DNA of 64,000 nucleotides, taken from Anaeromyxobacter sp. GTDB taxonomy: Bacteria; Myxococcota; Myxococcia; Myxococcales; Anaeromyxobacteraceae. Shown here one piece after another: positions 60,302 through 64,000 of the stretch. Under the pieces are notes generated by a model. That model was given only the letters and a program-made list of their open reading frames with translations. It ran no database searches and was not told the DNA's origin. The translations under genes were made by a program, and so were the position numbers. Within the stretch, counting starts at the first letter, position 1; the number at the start of each line of letters is the position of its first letter. The DNA is taken from NCBI GenBank assembly GCA_049840735.1, contig JASGJN010000020.1:480001-544000 (forward strand), written 5' to 3'.

Positions 60302-60943
60302 ATGAAGGTCGGCGTGATCGGCTCGGGCGTGGTGGGGCAGGTGCTGGCGGATGGGTTCCTGAAGCACGGCCACGAGGTGCTGCGTGGCTCGCGGGAGCCG
60401 GCCAAGCTGGCGGACTGGAAGGCGGGCGCCGGCCCCAAGGCCCGGACCGGAACCTTCGCCGAGGCCGCCGGCTTCGGCGAGCTGGTGGTCCTGGCGGTGA
60501 AGGGCGGGGGGGCGGCCGCCGCGGTGGACGCCTGCGGCGGCGCGCTGGACGGCAAGCCGGTGATCGACGCCACCAACCCCATCGCCGAGGCGCCGCCGGT
60601 GAACGGCGTGCTCCAGTTCACCACCGGCCCCAACCAGTCGCTGATGGAGGCGCTCCAGGCCCGGGCGCCCAGGGCGCGCTTCGTGAAGGCCTTCTCCTGC
60701 GTCGGCAACGCGCTGATGGTGAACCCGCAGCTGCAGGGCGGGAAGCCCACCATGTTCATCTGCGGCAACGACGACGCCGCCAAGGCGCAGGTGCGGACCG
60801 TGCTGGATCAGTTCGGCTGGGAGACCGAGGACCTGGGCAAGGCCGAGGCCGCCCGCGCCATCGAGCCGCTCTGCATGCTCTGGTGCATCCCGGGGTTCCT
60901 GAAGAACGACTGGGTGCACGCGTTCAAGGTGCTCCGGAGGTGA
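60302..60943 (+). CDS. NADP oxidoreductase, F420-dependent family (dinucleotide-binding enzyme)
   Basis: MKVGVIGSGVVG, VIDATNP, FVKAF, MFICGND..AK and ARAIEPL motifs. GGAGG RBS. Confidence 0.85.
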   Translation: MKVGVIGSGVVGQVLADGFLKHGHEVLRGSREPAKLADWKAGAGPKARTGTFAEAAGFGELVVLAVKGGGAAAAVDACGGALDGKPVIDATNPIAEAPPVNGVLQFTTGPNQSLMEALQARAPRARFVKAFSCVGNALMVNPQLQGGKPTMFICGNDDAAKAQVRTVLDQFGWETEDLGKAEAARAIEPLCMLWCIPGFLKNDWVHAFKVLRR

Positions 60944-61000
60944 GCTCCCGGTTCCGCCCGGGGCGCTGGACTCTGGCCGCCGCGGGCGTACGCTCCGGGC

Positions 61001-62657
61001 GTGCCCTCCCGCCGCGCCGCCCTCCTGCTCCTCGTCCTCGCCGCCTGCAACGGCGGGTCGGAGCCCCTCCCCGACGCGCCGGACGTGGTCTACGAGGAGC
61101 AGCTGCCGGTGGCCGAGCCGCCTACCGACCGCGGCGCGGAGTGGTGGCGAGACGCCGTCTTCTACGAGGTCTTCGTCCGCTCCTACCAGGACTCGGACGG
61201 CGACGGCCACGGCGACCTGCCCGGCCTCACCTCGCGGCTCGACCACCTCCAGGCACTGGGCGTGAACGCACTCTGGCTCATGCCCATCACCGAGAGCCCG
61301 TACCGCGAGAGCGGCTACGAGGTGAAGGACCACCGGGCCGTGGAGGACTCCTACGGCACCCTGGCCGACTTCCAGCACCTGCTCGACGAGGCCCACGCGC
61401 GCGGGATCCGCGTCATCATCGACTACGTCGGCAACCACACGCACACCAGCCACCCGTTCTTCCAGGACGCCCTGGCGCGCCAGCACGGCGGCTACCACGA
61501 CTGGTACGTGTGGTCGGGTGACTCGCCCGGCTGGACCCGCTACTGGGACGGTGCGCCGGTCTGGCGCTACGGCCGGTTCGGCTGGTACTACGCCATCTTC
61601 TACGAGCACCTGCCCGACCTGAACTTCAAGAACCCCTCGGTGGTGGCCTACACCCGCGACAACCTGCGCTTCTGGCTCAACGCCGGGGTGGACGGCTTCA
61701 GGTTCGACGCGGCCCACCTCTACGTCGAGAACGGCCCCGGCGAAGGCGAGCACGACCAGCCAGAGACGTTCGCGCTGGCCGCCGGCTTCCGCGAGCTCTT
61801 CGGCCAGTACACCGACGTCTTCAGCGTGGCCGAGGTCCCGTTCACCGGGGCGCGGTACCTGGGCGACGGCACCGACGGCTACCGCGCGGTCTTCGCCTTC
61901 GAGCTCTCCACCGCGGTCATGGAGGCGGTGCGGACGGGCCGGGCCGGGGACGTGCCCTACTTGCTGGACTGGGTGGCCACCGCGCCGGAGGGGAGCACCT
62001 TCGCCACCCTCCTCACCAACCACAATCCCTTCGCCGGCTACCGCCCCTTCACGCAGCTCGGGGGCGACCTGGGCCGGTGCAAGCTGGCCGCCGCGCTGCT
62101 GCTCACCGCGCCGGGCGTGCCGTTCATCTACTACGGCGAGGAGGTGGGCCTGGACACGCTGCCGGCCGCCCAGGCGCCCTACGAAGACGCCCGCATCCGC
62201 TCGCCCATGCAGTGGAGCCCCGGCCACGCCGCCGGCTTCACCACCGGCGCACCGTATCTGGCCATCGCCCCCGGGAGCGCCACCCGAAACGTGGAGACCG
62301 AGAACCGGCAATCCGACCTCGCTGCTGGAGCGCTACCGCACGCTGATCGCGCTGCGCCGGACCCACGCCGCGCTCCGCACCGGCGCCATCGAGCACGTCT
62401 GGGCCGACTCGTCCGGCCACCTCGCCTTCGTGCGCCAGGGCGCGGGCGAGGCGCTGCTGGTGGTGGCGGACCTGGCCGGCGCCGGCGGCACCGCCACGCT
62501 CGACCTCTCCGGCACGTCCGTCGAGGGCGGCGCCACGCCCGCGCCCGACCTGCTCGACGCCAGCTACACCGCCCCGCCGGTCACCGCCCAGAACCTCTCC
62601 ACCTACCCGGTGGCGCTGCCGCCGCTGGGCGTGCGGGTCATTCCCATGGGCCCCTGA
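61001..62657 (+). CDS. GH13 alpha-amylase-family lipoprotein, +1 frameshift near 62303 (absent from the ORF track)
   Basis: Read manually from GTG 61001: lipobox LAAC, WWRDAVFYEVFVRSYQDSDGDG, DYVGNH, GVDGFRFDAA, VAE, LTNHN and YYGEE. C-terminus SLLERYRTLIALRR is in the next frame. Confidence 0.85.
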
Positions 62658-62659
62658 GG

Positions 62660-63028
62660 CTACCGCAGCGGCACCACCTCGTCCCCCTCGCCCTCCCAGT
62701 CGGCGAAGCGGGAGACCTTGCGGGCCAGCTCCGGCCAGCTGGCCGCCGAGCAGCGCTCCACCTGCTCGGCCAGGAAGGCCCGCAGCCGCTCGTAATCCCA
62801 GCCGAACACCAGCAGGAGCCCGCGCCCGACCACCACCCCCTCCGGCCCGTGCCGCTCCTGCAGCCAGCCCGGCGTGGCGGCCAGCACCTCGAAGCGCTCG
62901 CGCCCGCGCAGCCCCAGGGGGCCCACCTCCAGCACCAGCGGGACCGCGAACCGCTCCGGGTCTGGCGGCCGCCAGCGCTTCAGGTCGGGGATCTCGTCGC
63001 TGGTCAGGCTCTTGAGGCGCGCGCGCAC
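62660..63028 (-). CDS. Imm8-family immunity-like protein (orphan)
   Basis: MRARLKSL...P.DPERF...EVGP..G.E.F......TPGWL...GR.LL.V..WD...C...W.ELA.K.SR..DWE pattern. Confidence 0.7.
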   Translation of the reverse strand: MRARLKSLTSDEIPDLKRWRPPDPERFAVPLVLEVGPLGLRGRERFEVLAATPGWLQERHGPEGVVVGRGLLLVFGWDYERLRAFLAEQVERCSAASWPELARKVSRFADWEGEGDEVVPLR

Positions 63029-63070
63029 GGCCGGATCATGCCCCGGAGGCGGCCGCGGCGCACGCCCGCG

Positions 63071-64000
63071 CTACGCGGCCCGCACCACCACGCCCATGGC
63101 GGTCTCGCCGAAGACCAGCTCCGGGTGGAGCCGCTCGGCGGTGCGGAGCGGCCACTCGCGGTCGAAGAGCATCACCGTCCGGCCGCGCACGTCCAGGACC
63201 ACCATCCCCTCGACGGCGCCGGAGAGCCAGTCGAGGTCCACCGGCTTGCCGTCGGCGCGGGTCACCCAGCGGGCCAGCTGGTAGGGCGCCGGCTCGAGCA
63301 GCACCTCCACGCCGTACTCCGACTCGAGGCGGTACTTCACCACCTCGAACTGGAGCCGCCCCAGCGCGCCCAGCACCAGCTCGCCGGCGCGGCCGGCCGG
63401 CGGGCGGTAGAGCTGGATGGTGCCCTCCTGCGCCAGCTGCTCCAGCCCCTGCGCGAACTGCTTGCGGCGCAGCGGGTCGCGCAGCAGCAGCCGGGTGAAG
63501 TGCTCGGGGGCGAAGCTGGGGATGCCCTCGAAGGTGAAGTCGGAGCCGCCGGTGAGCGTGTCGCCGATCTCGAGGTTGCCGGGGTCGTGGATGCCGACCA
63601 CGTCGCCGGCGAACCCCTCGTCCACCACGTTCCGCTCGCGCGCCATGAACTGGGTGGGGTTGGCCAGGCGCACGTCCTTGCCGGTGCGGACGTGCCGGGC
63701 CTTCATGCCGCGCACCATCTTGCCCGAGCAGATGCGCAGGAAGGCAATCCGGTCGCGGTGCGCCTTGTCCATGTTCGCCTGGATCTTGAAGATGAAGCCG
63801 CTGAACTCGTCGCGGGCGGGGTCGATGGGACCCTGGTCGGAGGGGCGCGGCCGCGGCGGCGGCTGCAGCTCGATGAAGCTCTCCAGGAAGGCCTCCAGGC
63901 CGAAGTTGTTGATGGCCGACCCGAAGAACATGGGCGACAGCTCACCGGCCTCGAACCGCTCCCGGTGGAAGCCGTCCCCGGCCAGCTCGAGCAGCTCGGC
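63071..64000 (-). CDS. prfC: Peptide chain release factor 3 (C-terminal part; gene starts beyond the window)
   Basis: FFGSAINNFG, FKIQANMD..HRDRIAF.RICSG, GIPSFAPEHF and LQFEVV.YRL..EY motifs. Confidence 0.95.
   Translation of the reverse strand, partial: AELLELAGDGFHRERFEAGELSPMFFGSAINNFGLEAFLESFIELQPPPRPRPSDQGPIDPARDEFSGFIFKIQANMDKAHRDRIAFLRICSGKMVRGMKARHVRTGKDVRLANPTQFMARERNVVDEGFAGDVVGIHDPGNLEIGDTLTGGSDFTFEGIPSFAPEHFTRLLLRDPLRRKQFAQGLEQLAQEGTIQLYRPPAGRAGELVLGALGRLQFEVVKYRLESEYGVEVLLEPAPYQLARWVTRADGKPVDLDWLSGAVEGMVVLDVRGRTVMLFDREWPLRTAERLHPELVFGETAMGVVVRAA

Noticed and set aside
11435..62657. Calling the nine frameshifted genes pseudogenes or programmed frameshifts
   Set aside because: Each has a single indel with no other decay and no slippery heptamer. 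A consensus sequencing error is more parsimonious.

Overview
Very GC-rich bacterial DNA whose gene content suggests a myxobacterium, Anaeromyxobacter-like (inferred, not proven). From left to right: a DUF2339/DUF3999 envelope pair, a bacteriohemerythrin, an SPW-like membrane protein, a ribose-type sugar ABC transporter, an EEP lipoprotein and an acyl-CoA ligase. A T6SS-type effector island follows at 13.3-19.1 kb (Imm49-like, ketoacyl-synthase-like, Imm11, AHH nuclease, DUF4150 PAAR-like, TIGR02270, DUF6484). Next is a ~26 kb beta-1,3-glucan utilisation locus (19.2-45.5 kb) made of two convergent arms. It holds a GH149-type phosphorylase, a GH1, a clan GH-A glycosidase fused to a putative outer-membrane beta-barrel, three GH16 enzymes, a repeat-rich surface lipoprotein, a family-5 ABC transporter, a ROK repressor and a ROK kinase. 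Three copies of a CCTTGACA + TTTGTTCG-N5-CGAACAAA promoter/operator element head its transcription units, and no SusC/TonB-dependent transporter is present. The rest encodes siroheme synthesis with a nitrite/sulfite reductase, phosphoketolase, a PRTase/kinase-like unknown, an ABC-F (Uup), a PAS hybrid kinase, an F420-reductase-family protein, a GH13 lipoprotein, an orphan Imm8 and partial prfC. Nine genes carry apparent single frameshifts, most likely long-read consensus errors. No rRNA, tRNA, CRISPR array or transposase was recognised. All family calls come from motif recognition by eye, not from database searches.
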